Shown: piece by piece, positions 26,701 through 40,075 of the stretch | Layout: each line of letters begins with the position of its first letter | How positions within the stretch are numbered: the stretch's first letter is position 1 | Origin: Eledone cirrhosa | Lineage: Eukaryota | DNA length: 64,000 nucleotides | Assembly (NCBI GenBank): GCA_964016885.1 | Contig: OZ024741.1 | Location: 255,068,001-255,132,000 of the forward strand | Reading direction: 5' to 3' | Made by a program: the position numbers and the translations under genes | Notes under the pieces: generated by a model | The model's input: only the letters and a program-made list of their open reading frames with translations | What the model was told of the DNA's origin: nothing | Databases searched by the model: none

Positions 26701-29700
26701 GTTGTAGTTTTTGCTGTTTTCTCTGTCAGTGCCAGTGTTGTTGTAGTTGTTGCTGTTTTTTGTGTCAGTGCCAGTGTTGTTGTAGTTGTTGCTGTTTTCT
26801 CTGTCAGTGCCAGTGTTGTTGTTGTTGTTGCTGTTTTTCTGTCAGTGCCAGTGTTGTAGTTGTTGCTGTATTCTCTGTCAGTGCCAGTGTTGTTGTAGTT
26901 GTTGCTGTTTTCTGTGTCAGTGCCAGTGTTGTTGTTGTTGCTGTTTTCTGTGTCAGTGCTAGTGTTGTTGTTGTTGCTATTTTCACTGTCAGTGCCAGTG
27001 TTGTTGCTGTTGCTGTTTTCTCTGTCAGTGCCAGTGATGTTGTAGTTGTTGCTGTTTTCTGTGTTAGTGCCAGTGTTGTTGTAGTTGTTGCTGTTTTCTG
27101 TGTCAGTGCCAGTGTTGTTGCTGTTGCTGTTTTCTCTGTCAGTGCCAGTGTTGTTGTTGTTGCTGTTTTCTCTGTCAGTGCCAGTGTTGTTGTAGTTGTT
27201 GCTGTTTACTGTGTCAGTGCCATTGTTGTTGTAGTTGTTGCTGTTTTCTCTGTTAGTGCCAGTGTTGTTGTAGTTGTTGCTGTTTTCTCTGTCAGTGCCA
27301 GTGTTGTTGTAGTTGTTGCTGTTTTCTCTGTCAGTGCCAGTGTTGTTGTAGTTGTTGCTGTTTTTTGTGTCAGTGCCAGTGTTGTTGTAGTTGTTGCTGT
27401 TTTTTCTGTCAGTGCCAGTGTTGTTGTTGTTGTTGCTGTTTTCTCTGTCAGTGCCAGTGTTGTAGTTGTTGCTGTTTTCTTTGTCAGTGCCAGTGTTGTT
27501 GTAGTTGTTGCTGTTTTCTGTGTCAGTGCAAGTGTTGTTGTTGTTGCTGTTTTCTGTGTCAGTGCCAGTGTTGTTGTTGTTGCTATTTTCACTGTCAGTG
27601 CCAGTGTTGTTGCTGTTGCTGTTTTCTCTGTCAGTGCCAGTGATGTTGTAGTTGTTGCTGTTTTCTGTGTTAGTGCCAGTGTTGTTGTAGTTGTTGCTGT
27701 TTTCTGTGTCAGTGCCAGTGTTGTTGCTGTTGCTGTTTTCTCTGTCAGTGCCAGTGTTGTTGTAGTTGTTGCTGCTTTCTCTGTCAGTGCCAGTGTTGTT
27801 GTAGTTGTTGCTGTTTTCTGTGTCAGTGCCAGTGTTGTTGTTGTTGCTGTTTTCTCTGTCAGTGCCAGTGTTGCTGTAGTTGTTGCTGTTTTCTGTGTCA
27901 GTGCCACTGTTGTTGTTGCTGTTTTCTCTGTCAGTGCCAGTGTTGTTGTAGTTTTTGCTGTTTTCTGTGTCAGTGCCAGTGTTGTTGTTGTTGCTGTTTT
28001 CTCTGTCAGTGCCAGTGTTGTTGCTGTTGCTATTTTCACTGTTAGTGCCAGTGTTGTTGTTGTTGCTGTTTTCTGTGTCAGTGCCAGTGTTGTTGTCGTT
28101 GCTGTTTTCTTTGTCAGTGCCAGTGTTGTTGTTGTTACTGTTGCTGTTTTCTGTGTCAGTTCCAGTGTTGCTGTTGCTGTTTTCTGTGCCAGTGCCAGTG
28201 TTATTGTTGCTGTTGTTGCTGTTTTCTGTGTCAGTGCCACGGTTGTTGTTGCTGTTGTTGCTGTTTTCTGTGTCAGTGCCAGTGTTGTTGTTGGTGTTTT
28301 CTGTGTCAGTGCCAGTGTTGTTGTTGCTGTTTTCTGTGCCAGTGTTGTTGTAGTTGTTGCTGTTTTCTGTGTCAGTGCCGGTGTTGTTGTTGTTGCTGTT
28401 TTCTCTGTCAGCGCCAGTGTTGTTGTTGTTGCTGTTTTCTCTGTCAGTGCCAGTGTTGTTGTTGTTGCTGTTTTCTGTGTCAGTGCCAGTGTTGTTGTAG
28501 TTGTTGCTGTTTTCTGTGTGAGTGCCAGTGTTGTTGTAGTTGTTGCTGTTTTCTGTGTCAGTGCCAGTGTTGTTGTAGTTGTTGCTGTTTTCTCTGTCAG
28601 TGCCAGTGTTGTTGTAGTTGTTGCTGTTTTCTCTGTCAGTGCCAGTGTTGTTGTAGTTGTTGCTGTTTTCTGTGTCAATGCCAGTGTTGTTTTTGTTGCT
28701 GTTTTCTCTGTCAGTGCCAGTGTTGTAGTTGTTGCTGTTTTCTCTGTCAGTGCCAGTGTTGTTGTAGTTGTTGCTGTTTTCTGTGTCAGTGCCAGTGTTG
28801 TTGCTGTTGTTGCTGTTTTCTGTGTCAGTGCCAGTGTTGTTGTTGTTGCTGTTTTCTCTGTCAGTGCCAGTGTTGTTGTAGTTATTGCTGTTTTCTGTGT
28901 CAGTGCCACTGTTGTTGTTGCTGTTTTCTGTGTCGGTGACAGTGTTGTTGTTGTTGCTGTTTTCTCTGTCAGTGCCAGTGTTGTTGTTGCTGTTATCTCT
29001 GTCAGTGCCAGTGTTGTTGTTGCTGTTTTCTGTGTCAGTGCCATTGTTATTGATGTTGTTGCTGTTTTCTCTGTCAGTGCCAGTGTTGTTGTTGCTGTTG
29101 TTGCTGTTGCTGTTTTCTCTGTCAGTGCCAGTGTTGTTGTAGTTGTTGCTGTTTTCTCTGTCAGTGCCAGTGTTGTAGTTGTTGCTGTTTTCTGTGTCAG
29201 TGCCAGTGTTGTTGCTGTTGCTGTTTTCTCTGTCAGTGCCAGTGTTGTTGTAGTTGTTGTTGCTGTTTTCTCTCTCAGTGCCAGTGTTGTTGTAGTTGTT
29301 GCTGTTTTCTGTGTCAGTGCCGGTGTTGTTGTTGTTGCTGTTTTCTCTGTCAATGCCAGTGTTGTTGTTGTTGCTGTTTTCTCTGTCAGTGCCAGTGTTG
29401 TTGTTGTTGCTGTTTTCTGTGTCAGTGCCAGTGTTGTTGTTGTTGCTGTTTTCTGTGTCAGTGCCAGTGTTGTTGTAGTTGTTGCTGTTTTCTGTGCCAG
29501 TGCCAGTGTTGTTGTAGTTGTTGCTGTTTTCTGTGTCAGTGCTAGTGTTGTTGTAGTTGTTGCTGTTTTCTCTGTCAGTGCCAGTGTTGTTGTAGTTGTT
29601 GCTGTTTTCTGTGTCAGTGCCAGTGTTGTTGTTGTTGCTGTTTTCTCTGTCAGTGCCAGTGTTGTTGTTGCTGTTTTCTGTGCCAGTGTTGTTGTAGTTG

Positions 29701-30094
29701 TTGCTGTTTTCTGTGTCAGTGCCGGTGTTGTTGTTGTTGGTGTTTTCTCTGTCAGCGCCAGTGTTGTTGTTGTTGCTGTTTTCTCTGTCAGTGCCAGTGT
29801 TGTTGTTGTTGCTGTTTTCTGTGTCAGTACCAGTGTTGTTGTAGTTGTTGCTGTTTTCTGTGTCAGTGCCAGTGTTGTTGTAGTTGTTGCTGTTTTCTCT
29901 GTCAGTGCCAGTGTTGTTGTAGTTGTTGCTGTTTTCTCTGTCAGTGCCAGTGTTGTTGTAGTTGTTGATGTTTTCTGTGTCAATGCCAGTGTTGTTGTTG
30001 TTGCTGTTTTCTCTGTCAGTGCCAGTGTTGTAGTTGTTGCTGTTTTCTCTGTCAGTGCCAGTGTTGTTGTAGTTGTTGCTGTTTTCTGTGTCAG

Positions 30095-33000
30095 TGCCAG
30101 TGTTGTTGCTGTTGTTGCTGTTTTCTGTGTCAGTGCCAGTGTTGTTGTTGTTGCTGTTTTCTCTGTCAGTGCCAGTGTTTTTGTTGTTGCTGTTTTCTGT
30201 GTCAGTGCCAGTGTTGTTATAGTTGTTGCTGTTTTCTCTGTCAGTGCCAGTGTTGTTGTAGTTGTTGCTGTTTTCTCTGTCAGTGCCAGTGTTTTTGTAG
30301 TTGTTGCTGTTTTCTGTGTCAGTGCCAGTGTTGTTGTTGTTGCTGTTTTCTCTGTCAGTGCCAGTGTTGTTGTTGCTGTTTTCTCTGTCAGTGCCAATGT
30401 TGTTGTAGTTATTGCTGTTTTCTGTGTCAGTGCCACTGTTGTTGTTGCTGTTTTCTGTGTCGGTGCCAGTGTTGTTGTTGTTGTTGCTGTTTTCTCTGTC
30501 AGTGCCAGTGTTGTTGTTGCTGTTTTCTCTGTCAGTGCCAATGTTGTTGTAGTTGTTGCTGTTTTCTGTGTCAGTGCCAGTGTTGTTGTTGTTGCTGTTT
30601 TCTCTGTCAGTGCCAGTGATGTTGTAGTTGTTGCTGTTTTCTGTGTTAGTGCCAGTGTTGTTGTAGTTGTTGCTGTTTTCTGTGTCAGTGCCAGTGTTGT
30701 TGCTGTTGCTGTTTTCTCTGTCAGTGCCAGTGTTGTTGTAGTTGTTGCTGCTTTCTCTGTCAGTGCCAGTGTTGTTGTAGTTGTTGCTGTTTTCTGTGAC
30801 AGTGCGAGTGTTGTTGTTGTTGCTGTTTTCTCTGTCAGTGCCAGTGTTGTTGTAGTTGTTGCTGTTTTCTGTGTCAGTGCCACTGTTGTTGATGCTGTTT
30901 TCTCTGTCAGTGCCAGTGTTGTTGTAGTTTTTGCTGTTTTCTGTGCAGTGCCAGTGTTGTTGTTGTTGCTGTTTTCTCTGTCAGTGCCAGTGTTGTTGCT
31001 GTTGCTATTTTCACTGTCAGTGCCAGTGTTGTTGTTGTTGCCGTTTTCTGTGTCAGTGTCAGTGTTGTTGTTGTTGCTGTTTTCTTTGTCAGTGCCAGTG
31101 TTGTTGTTGTTACTGTTGCTGTTTTCTGTGTCAGTTCCAGTGTTGCTGTTGCTGTTTTCTGTGCCAGTGCCAGTGTTATTGTTGTTGTTGTTGCTGTTTT
31201 CTGTGTCAGTGCCACGGTTGTTGTTGCTGTTGTTGCTGTTTTCTGTGTCAGTGCCAGTGTTGTTGTTGCTGTTTTCTGTGTCAGTGCCAGTGTTGTTGTT
31301 GCTGTTGTTGCTGTTTTCTGTGCCAGTGTTGTTGTAGTTGTTGCTGTTTTCTGTGTCAGTGCCGGTGTTGTTGTTGTTGCTGTTTTCTCTGTCAGTGCCA
31401 GTGTTGTTGTTGTTGCTGTTTTCTGTGTCATTGCCAGTGTTTTCTCTGTCAGTGCCAGTGTTGTAGTTGTTGCTGTTTTCTCTGTCAGTGCCAGTGTTGT
31501 TGTAGTTGTTGCTGTTTTCTGTGTCAGTGCCAGTGTTGTTGCTGTTGTTGCTGTTTTCTGTGTCAGTGCCAGTGTTGTTGTTGTTGCTGTTTTCTCTGTC
31601 AGTGCCAGTGTTTTTGTTGTTGCTGTTTTCTGTGTCAGTGCCAGTGTTGTTCTAGTTGTTGCTGTTTTCTGTGTCAGTGCCAGTGTTGTTATAGTTGTTG
31701 CTGTTTTCTCTGTCAGTGCCAGTGTTGTTGTAGTTGTTGCTGTTTTCTCTGTCAGTGCCAGTGTTTTTGTAGTTGTTGCTGTTTTCTGTGTCAGTGCCAG
31801 TGTTGTTGTTGTTGCTGTTTTCTCTGTCAGTGCCAGTGTTGTTGCTGTTGTTGCTGTTTTCTGTGTCAGTGCCAGTGTTGTTGTTGTTGCTGTTTTCTCT
31901 GTCAGTGCCAGTGTTTTTGTTGTTGCTGTTTTCTGTGTCAGTGCCAGTGTTGTTATAGTTGTTGCTGTTTTCTCTGTCAGTGCCAGTGTTGTTGTAGTTG
32001 TTGCTGTTTTCTCTGTCAGTGCCAGTGTTTTTGTAGTTGTTGCTGTTTTCTGTGTCAGTGCCAGTGTTGTTGTTGTTGCTGTTTTCTCTGTCAGTGCCAG
32101 TGTTGTTGTTGCTGTTTTCTCTGTCAGTGCCAATGTTGTTGTAGTTATTGCTGTTTTCTGTGTCAGTGCCACTGTTGTTGTTGCTGTTTTCTGTGTCGGT
32201 GCCAGTGTTGTTGTTGTTGTTGCTGTTTTCTCTGTCAGTGCCAGTGTTGTTGTTGCTGTTTTCTCTGTCAGTGCCAATGTTGTTGTAGTTGTTGCTGTTT
32301 TCTGTGTCAGTGCCAGTGTTGTTGTTGTTGCTGTTTTCTCTGTCAGTGCCAGTGATGTTGTAGTTGTTGCTGTTTTCTGTGTTAGTGCCAGTGTTGTTGT
32401 AGTTGTTGCTGTTTTCTGTGTCAGTGCCAGTGTTGTTGCTGTTGCTGTTTTCTCTGTCAGTGCCAGTGTTGTTGTAGTTGTTGCTGCTTTCTCTGTCAGT
32501 GCCAGTGTTGTTGTAGTTGTTGCTGTTTTCTGTGACAGTGCGAGTGTTGTTGTTGTTGCTGTTTTCTCTGTCAGTGCCAGTGTTGTTGTAGTTGTTGCTG
32601 TTTTCTGTGTCAGTGCCACTGTTGTTGATGCTGTTTTCTCTGTCAGTGCCAGTGTTGTTGTAGTTTTTGCTGTTTTCTGTGCAGTGCCAGTGTTGTTGTT
32701 GTTGCTGTTTTCTCTGTCAGTGCCAGTGTTGTTGCTGTTGCTATTTTCACTGTCAGTGCCAGTGTTGTTGTTGTTGCCGTTTTCTGTGTCAGTGTCAGTG
32801 TTGTTGTTGTTGCTGTTTTCTTTGTCAGTGCCAGTGTTGTTGTTGTTACTGTTGCTGTTTTCTGTGTCAGTTCCAGTGTTGCTGTTGCTGTTTTCTGTGC
32901 CAGTGCCAGTGTTATTGTTGTTGTTGTTGCTGTTTTCTGTGTCAGTGCCACGGTTGTTGTTGCTGTTGTTGCTGTTTTCTGTGTCAGTGCCAGTGTTGTT

Positions 33001-33566
33001 GTTGCTGTTTTCTGTGTCAGTGCCAGTGTTGTTGTTGCTGTTGTTGCTGTTTTCTGTGCCAGTGTTGTTGTAGTTGTTGCTGTTTTCTGTGTCAGTGCCG
33101 GTGTTGTTGTTGTTGCTGTTTTCTCTGTCAGTGCCAGTGTTGTTGTTGTTGCTGTTTTCTGTGTCATTGCCAGTGTTTTCTCTGTCAGTGCCAGTGTTGT
33201 AGTTGTTGCTGTTTTCTCTGTCAGTGCCAGTGTTGTTGTAGTTGTTGCTGTTTTCTGTGTCAGTGCCAGTGTTGTTGCTGTTGTTGCTGTTTTCTGTGTC
33301 AGTGCCAGTGTTGTTGTTGTTGCTGTTTTCTCTGTCAGTGCCAGTGTTTTTGTTGTTGCTGTTTTCTGTGTCAGTGCCAGTGTTGTTCTAGTTGTTGCTG
33401 TTTTCTGTGTCAGTGCCAGTGTTGTTATAGTTGTTGCTGTTTTCTCTGTCAGTGCCAGTGTTGTTGTAGTTGTTGCTGTTTTCTCTGTCAGTGCCAGTGT
33501 TTTTGTAGTTGTTGCTGTTTTCTGTGTCAGTGCCAGTGTTGTTGTTGTTGCTGTTTTCTCTGTCAG
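30095..33566. repeat. Tandem duplication, period 1736 bp
   Basis: Shared 1-nt deletion TGTGCAG at 30945 and 32681, and shared tract-less monomer at ~31430 and ~33166. Confidence 0.85.
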
Positions 33567-36500
33567 TGCCAGTGTTGTTGTAGTTGTTGATGTTTTCTGT
33601 GTCAATGCCAGTGTTGTTGTTGTTGCTGTTTTCTCTGTCAGTGCCAGTGTTGTAGTTGTTGCTGTTTTCTCTGTCAGTGCCAGTGTTGTTGTAGTTGTTG
33701 CTGTTTTCTGTGTCAGTGCCAGTGTTGTTGCTGTTGTTGCTGTTTTCTGTGTCAGTGCCAGTGTTGTTGTTGTTGCTGTTTTCTCTGTCAGTGCCAGTGT
33801 TGTTGTAGTTATTGCTGTTTTCTGTGTCAGTGCCACTGTTGTTGTTGCTGTTTTCTGTGTCGGTGACAGTGTTGTTGTTGTTGCTGTTTTCTCTGTCAGT
33901 GCCAGTGTTGTTGTTGCTGTTATCTCTGTCAGTGCCAGTGTTGTTGTTGCTGTTTTCTGTGTCAGTGCCATTGTTATTGATGTTGTTGCTGTTTTCTCTG
34001 TCAGTGCCAGTGTTGTTGTTGCTGTTGTTGCTGTTGCTGTTTTCTCTGTCAGTGCCAGTGTTGTTGTAGTTGTTGCTGTTTTCTCTGTCAGTGCCAGTGT
34101 TGTAGTTGTTGCTGTTTTCTGTGTCAGTGCCAGTGTTGTTGCTGTTGCTGTTTTCTCTGTCAGTGCCAGTGTTGTTGTAGTTGTTGTTGCTGTTTTCTCT
34201 CTCAGTGCCAGTGTTGTTGTAGTTGTTGCTGTTTTCTGTGTCAGTGCCGGTGTTGTTGTTGTTGCTGTTTTCTCTGTCAATGCCAGTGTTGTTGTTGTTG
34301 CTGTTTTCTCTGTCAGTGCCAGTGTTGTTGTTGTTGCTGTTTTCTGTGTCAGTGCCAGTGTTGTTGTTGTTGCTGTTTTCTGTGTCAGTGCCAGTGTTGT
34401 TGTAGTTGTTGCTGTTTTCTGTGCCAGTGCCAGTGTTGTTGTAGTTGTTGCTGTTTTCTGTGTCAGTGCCAGTGTTGTTGTAGTTGTTGCTGTTTTCTCT
34501 GTCAGTGCCAGTGTTGTTGTAGTTGTTGCTGTTTTCTGTGTCAGTGCCAGTGTTGTTGTTGTTGCTGTTTTCTCTGTCAGTGCCAGTGTTGTTGTTGCTG
34601 TTTTCTGTGCCAGTGTTGTTGTAGTTGTTGCTGTTTTCTGTGTCAGTGCCGGTGTTGTTGTTGTTGCTGTTTTCTCTGTCAGCGCCAGTGTTGTTGTTGT
34701 TGCTGTTTTCTCTGTCAGTGCCAGTGTTGTTGTTGTTGCTGTTTTCTGTGTCAGTGCCAGTGTTGTTGTAGTTGTTGCTGTTTTCTGTGTCAGTGCCAGT
34801 GTTGTTGTAGTTGTTGCTGTTTTCTCTGTCAGTGCCAGTGTTGTTGTAGTTGTTGCTGTTTTCTCTGTCAGTGCCAGTGTTGTTGTAGTTGTTGATGTTT
34901 TCTGTGTCAATGCCAGTGTTGTTGTTGTTGCTGTTTTCTCTGTCAGTGCCAGTGTTGTAGTTGTTGCTGTTTTCTCTGTCAGTGCCAGTGTTGTTGTAGT
35001 TGTTGCTGTTTTCTGTGTCAGTGCCAGTGTTGTTGCTGTTGTTGCTGTTTTCTGTGTCAGTGCCAGTGTTGTTGTTGTTGCTGTTTTCTCTGTCAGTGCC
35101 AGTGTTTTTGTTGTTGCTGTTTTCTGTGTCAGTGCCAGTGTTGTTATAGTTGTTGCTGTTTTCTCTGTCAGTGCCAGTGTTGTTGTAGTTGTTGCTGTTT
35201 TCTCTGTCAGTGCCAGTGTTTTTGTAGTTGTTGCTGTTTTCTGTGTCAGTGCCAGTGTTGTTGTTGTTGCTGTTTTCTCTGTCAGTGCCAGTGTTGTTGT
35301 TGCTGTTTTCTCTGTCAGTGCCAATGTTGTTGTAGTTATTGCTGTTTTCTGTGTCAGTGCCACTGTTGTTGTTGCTGTTTTCTGTGTCGGTGCCAGTGTT
35401 GTTGTTGTTGTTGCTGTTTTCTCTGTCAGTGCCAGTGTTGTTGTTGCTGTTTTCTCTGTCAGTGCCAATGTTGTTGTAGTTGTTGCTGTTTTCTGTGTCA
35501 GTGCCAGTGTTGTTGTTGTTGCTGTTTTCTCTGTCAGTGCCAGTGATGTTGTAGTTGTTGCTGTTTTCTGTGTTAGTGCCAGTGTTGTTGTAGTTGTTGC
35601 TGTTTTCTGTGTCAGTGCCAGTGTTGTTGCTGTTGCTGTTTTCTCTGTCAGTGCCAGTGTTGTTGTAGTTGTTGCTGCTTTCTCTGTCAGTGCCAGTGTT
35701 GTTGTAGTTGTTGCTGTTTTCTGTGACAGTGCGAGTGTTGTTGTTGTTGCTGTTTTCTCTGTCAGTGCCAGTGTTGTTGTAGTTGTTGCTGTTTTCTGTG
35801 TCAGTGCCACTGTTGTTGATGCTGTTTTCTCTGTCAGTGCCAGTGTTGTTGTAGTTTTTGCTGTTTTCTGTGCAGTGCCAGTGTTGTTGTTGTTGCTGTT
35901 TTCTCTGTCAGTGCCAGTGTTGTTGCTGTTGCTATTTTCACTGTCAGTGCCAGTGTTGTTGTTGTTGCCGTTTTCTGTGTCAGTGTCAGTGTTGTTGTTG
36001 TTGCTGTTTTCTTTGTCAGTGCCAGTGTTGTTGTTGTTACTGTTGCTGTTTTCTGTGTCAGTTCCAGTGTTGCTGTTGCTGTTTTCTGTGCCAGTGCCAG
36101 TGTTATTGTTGTTGTTGTTGCTGTTTTCTGTGTCAGTGCCACGGTTGTTGTTGCTGTTGTTGCTGTTTTCTGTGTCAGTGCCAGTGTTGTTGTTGCTGTT
36201 TTCTGTGTCAGTGCCAGTGTTGTTGTTGCTGTTGTTGCTGTTTTCTGTGCCAGTGTTGTTGTAGTTGTTGCTGTTTTCTGTGTCAGTGCCGGTGTTGTTG
36301 TTGTTGCTATTTTCTCTGTCAGTGCCAGTGTTGTTGTTGTTGCTGTTTTCTGTGTCATTGCCAGTGTTTTCTCTGTCAGTGCCAGTGTTGTAGTTGTTGC
36401 TGTTTTCTCTGTCAGTGCCAGTGTTGTTGTAGTTGTTGCTGTTTTCTGTGTCAGTGCCAGTGTTGTTGCTGTTGTTGCTGTTTTCTGTGTCAGTGCCAGT

Positions 36501-36934
36501 GTTGTTGTTGTTGCTGTTTTCTCTGTCAGTGCCAGTGTTTTTGTTGTTGCTGTTTTCTGTGTCAGTGCCAGTGTTGTTCTAGCTGTTGCTGTTTTCTGTG
36601 TCAGTGCCAGTGTTGTTATAGTTGTTGCTGTTTTCTCTGTCAGTGCCAGTGTTGTTGTAGTTGTTGCTGTTTTCTCTGTCAGTGCCAGTGTTTTTGTAGT
36701 TGTTGCTGTTTTCTGTCAGTGCCAGTGTTGTTGTTGTTGCTGTTTTCTCTGTCAGTGCCAGTGTTGTTGTTGCTGTTTTCTCTGTCAGTGCCAATGTTGT
36801 TGTAGTTATTGCTGTTTTCTGTGTCAGTGCCACTGTTGTTGTTGCTGTTTTCTGTGTCGGTGCCAGTGTTGTTGTTGTTGCTGTTTTCTCTGTCAGTGCC
36901 AGTGTTGTTGTTGCTGTTTTCTCTGTCAGTGCCA

Positions 36935-39900
36935 ATGTTGTTGTAGTTGTTGCTGTTTTCTGTGTCAGTGCCAGTGTTGTTTTTGTTGCTGTTTTCTCTG
37001 TCAGTGCCAGTGATGTTGTAGTTGTTGCTGTTTTCTGTGTTAGTGCCAGTGTTGTTGTAGTTGTTGCTGTTTTCTGTGTCAGTGCCAGTGTTGTTGCTGT
37101 TGCTGTTTTCTCTGTCAGTGCCAGTGTTGTTGTAGTTGTTGCTGCTTTCTCTGACAGTGCCAGTGTTGTTGTAGTTGTTGCTGTTTTCTGTGTCAGTGCC
37201 AGTGTTGTTGTTGTTGCTGTTTTCTCTGTCAGTGCCAGTGTTGTTGTTGTTGCTGTTTTCTCTGTCAGTGCCAGTGTTGTAGTTTTTGCTGTTTTCTCTG
37301 TCAGTGCCAGTGTTGTTGTAGTTGTTGCTGTTTTCTCTGTCAGTGCCAGTGTTGTTGTTGTTGTTGCTGTTTTCTCTGTCAGTGCCAGTGTTGTAGTTGT
37401 TGCTGTTTTCTCTGTCAGTGCCAGTGTTGTTGTAGTTGTTGCTGTTTTCTGTGTCAGTGCCAGTGTTGTTGTTGTTGCTATTTTCACTGTCAGTGCCAGT
37501 GTTGTTGCTGTTGCTGTTTTCTCTGTCAGTGCCAGTGATGTTGTAGTTGTTGCTGTTTTCTGTGTTAGTGCCAGTGTTGTTGTAGTTGTTGCTGTTTTCT
37601 GTGTCAGTGCCAGTGTTGTTGTTGTTGCTGTTTTCTGTGTCAGTGCTAGTGTTGTTGTTGTTGCTATTTTCACTGTCAGTGCCAGTGTTGTTGCTGTTGC
37701 TGTTTTCTCTGTCAGTGCCAGTGATGTTGTAGTTGTTGCTGTTTTCTGTGTTAGTGCCAGTGTTGTTGTAGTTGTTGCTGTTTTCTGTGTCAGTGCCAGT
37801 GTTGTTGCTGTTGCTGTTTTCTCTGTCAGTGCCAGTGTTGTTGTAGTTGTTGCTGCTTTCTCTGTCAGTGCCAGTGTTGTTGTAGTTGTTTCTGTTTTCT
37901 GTGTCAGTGCCAGTGTTGTTGTTGTTGCTGTTTTCTCTGTCAGTGCCAGTGTTGTTGTAGTTGTTGCTGTTTTCTGTGTCAGTGCCACTGTTGTTGTTGC
38001 TGTTTTCTGTGTCTGTGCCAGTGTTGTTGTTGTTGCTGTTTTCTCTGTCAGTGCCAGTGTTGTTGTTGCTGTTTTCTCTGTCAGTGCCAGTGTTGTTGTT
38101 GTTGCTGTTTTCTGTGTCAGTGCCAGTGTTGTTGTAGTTGTTGCTGTTTTCTGTGTCAGTGCCAGTGTTGTTGTAGTTGTTACTGTTTTCTCTGTCAGTG
38201 CCAGTGTTGTTGTAGTTGTTGCTGTTTTCTCTGTCAGTGCCATTGTTGTTGTAGTTGTTGCTGTTTTCTGTGTCAGTGTCAGTGTTTTTGTTGTTGCTGT
38301 TTTCTCTGTCAGTGCCAGTGTTGTTGTTGTTGCTGTTTTCTGTGTCAGTGCCAGTGTTGTTGTTGCTATTTTCACTGTCAGTGCCAGTGTTGTTGTAGTT
38401 GTTGCTGTTTTCTGTGTCAGTGCCAGTGTTGTTGTTGTTGCTGTTTTCTCTGTCAGTGCCAGTGTTGTTGTAGTTGTTGCTGTTTACTGTGTCAGTGCCA
38501 TTGTTGTTGTAGTTGTTGCTGTTTTCTGTGTCAGTGCCAGTGTTGTTTTTGTTGCTGTTTTCTCTGTCAGTGCCAGTGATGTTGTAGTTGTTGCTGTTTT
38601 CTGTGTTAGTGCCAGTGTTGTTGTAGTTGTTGCTGTTTTCTGTGTCAGTGCCAGTGTTGTTGCTGTTGCTGTTTTCTCTGTCAGTTCCAGTGTTGTTGTA
38701 GTTGTTGCTGCTTTCTCTGACAGTGCCAGTGTTGTTGTAGTTGTTGCTGTTTTCTGTGTCAGTGCCAGTGTTGTTGTTGTTGCTGTTTTCTCTGTCAGTG
38801 CCAGTGTTGTTGTTGTTGCTGTTTTCTCTGTCAGTGCCAGTGTTGTAGTTTTTGCTGTTTTCTCTGTCAGTGCCAGTGTTGTTGTAGTTGTTGCTGTTTT
38901 CTCTGTCAGTGCCAGTGTTGTTGTTGTTGTTGCTGTTTTCTCTGTCAGTGCCAGTGTTGTAGTTGTTGCTGTTTTCTCTGTCAGTGCCAGTGTTGTTGTA
39001 GTTGTTGCTGTTTTCTGTGTCAGTGCCAGTGTTGTTGTTGTTGCTATTTTCACTGTCAGTGCCAGTGTTGTTGCTGTTGCTGTTTTCTCTGTCAGTGCCA
39101 GTGATGTTGTAGTTGTTGCTGTTTTCTGTGTTAGTGCCAGTGTTGTTGTAGTTGTTGCTGTTTTCTGTGTCAGTGCCAGTGTTGTTGTTGTTGCTGTTTT
39201 CTGTGTCAGTGCTAGTGTTGTTGTTGTTGCTATTTTCACTGTCAGTGCCAGTGTTGTTGCTGTTGCTGTTTTCTCTGTCAGTGCCAGTGATGTTGTAGTT
39301 GTTGCTGTTTTCTGTGTTAGTGCCAGTGTTGTTGTAGTTGTTGCTGTTTTCTGTGTCAGTGCCAGTGTTGTTGCTGTTGCTGTTTTCTCTGTCAGTGCCA
39401 GTGTTGTTGTAGTTGTTGCTGCTTTCTCTGTCAGTGCCAGTGTTGTTGTAGTTGTTTCTGTTTTCTGTGTCAGTGCCAGTGTTGTTGTTGTTGCTGTTTT
39501 CTCTGTCAGTGCCAGTGTTGTTGTAGTTGTTGCTGTTTTCTGTGTCAGTGCCACTGTTGTTGTTGCTGTTTTCTGTGTCTGTGCCAGTGTTGTTGTTGTT
39601 GCTGTTTTCTCTGTCAGTGCCAGTGTTGTTGTTGCTGTTTTCTCTGTCAGTGCCAGTGTTGTTGTTGTTGCTGTTTTCTGTGTCAGTGCCAGTGTTGTTG
39701 TAGTTGTTGCTGTATTCTGTGTCAGTGCCAGTGTTGTTGTAGTTGTTACTGTTTTCTCTGTCAGTGCCAGTGTTGTTGTAGTTGTTGCTGTTTTCTCTGT
39801 CAGTGCCATTGTTGTTGTAGTTGTTGCTGTTTTCTGTGTCAGTGTCAGTGTTTTTGTTGTTGCTGTTTTCTCTGTCAGTGCCAGTGTTGTTGTTGTTGCT

Positions 39901-40075
39901 GTTTTCTGTGTCAGTGCCAGTGTTGTTGTTGCTATTTTCACTGTCAGTGCCAGTGTTGTTGTAGTTGTTGCTGTTTTCTGTGTCAGTGCCAGTGTTGTTG
40001 TTGTTGCTGTTTTCTCTGTCAGTGCCAGTGTTGTTGTAGTTGTTGCTGTTTACTGTGTCAGTGCCATTGTTGTTG
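36935..40075. repeat. Tandem duplication, period 1566 bp
   Basis: GTTTTTGTT variant at ~36980 and ~38546; GTTTAC at 38484 and 40050; ORF starts at 38375 and 39941. Confidence 0.85.
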
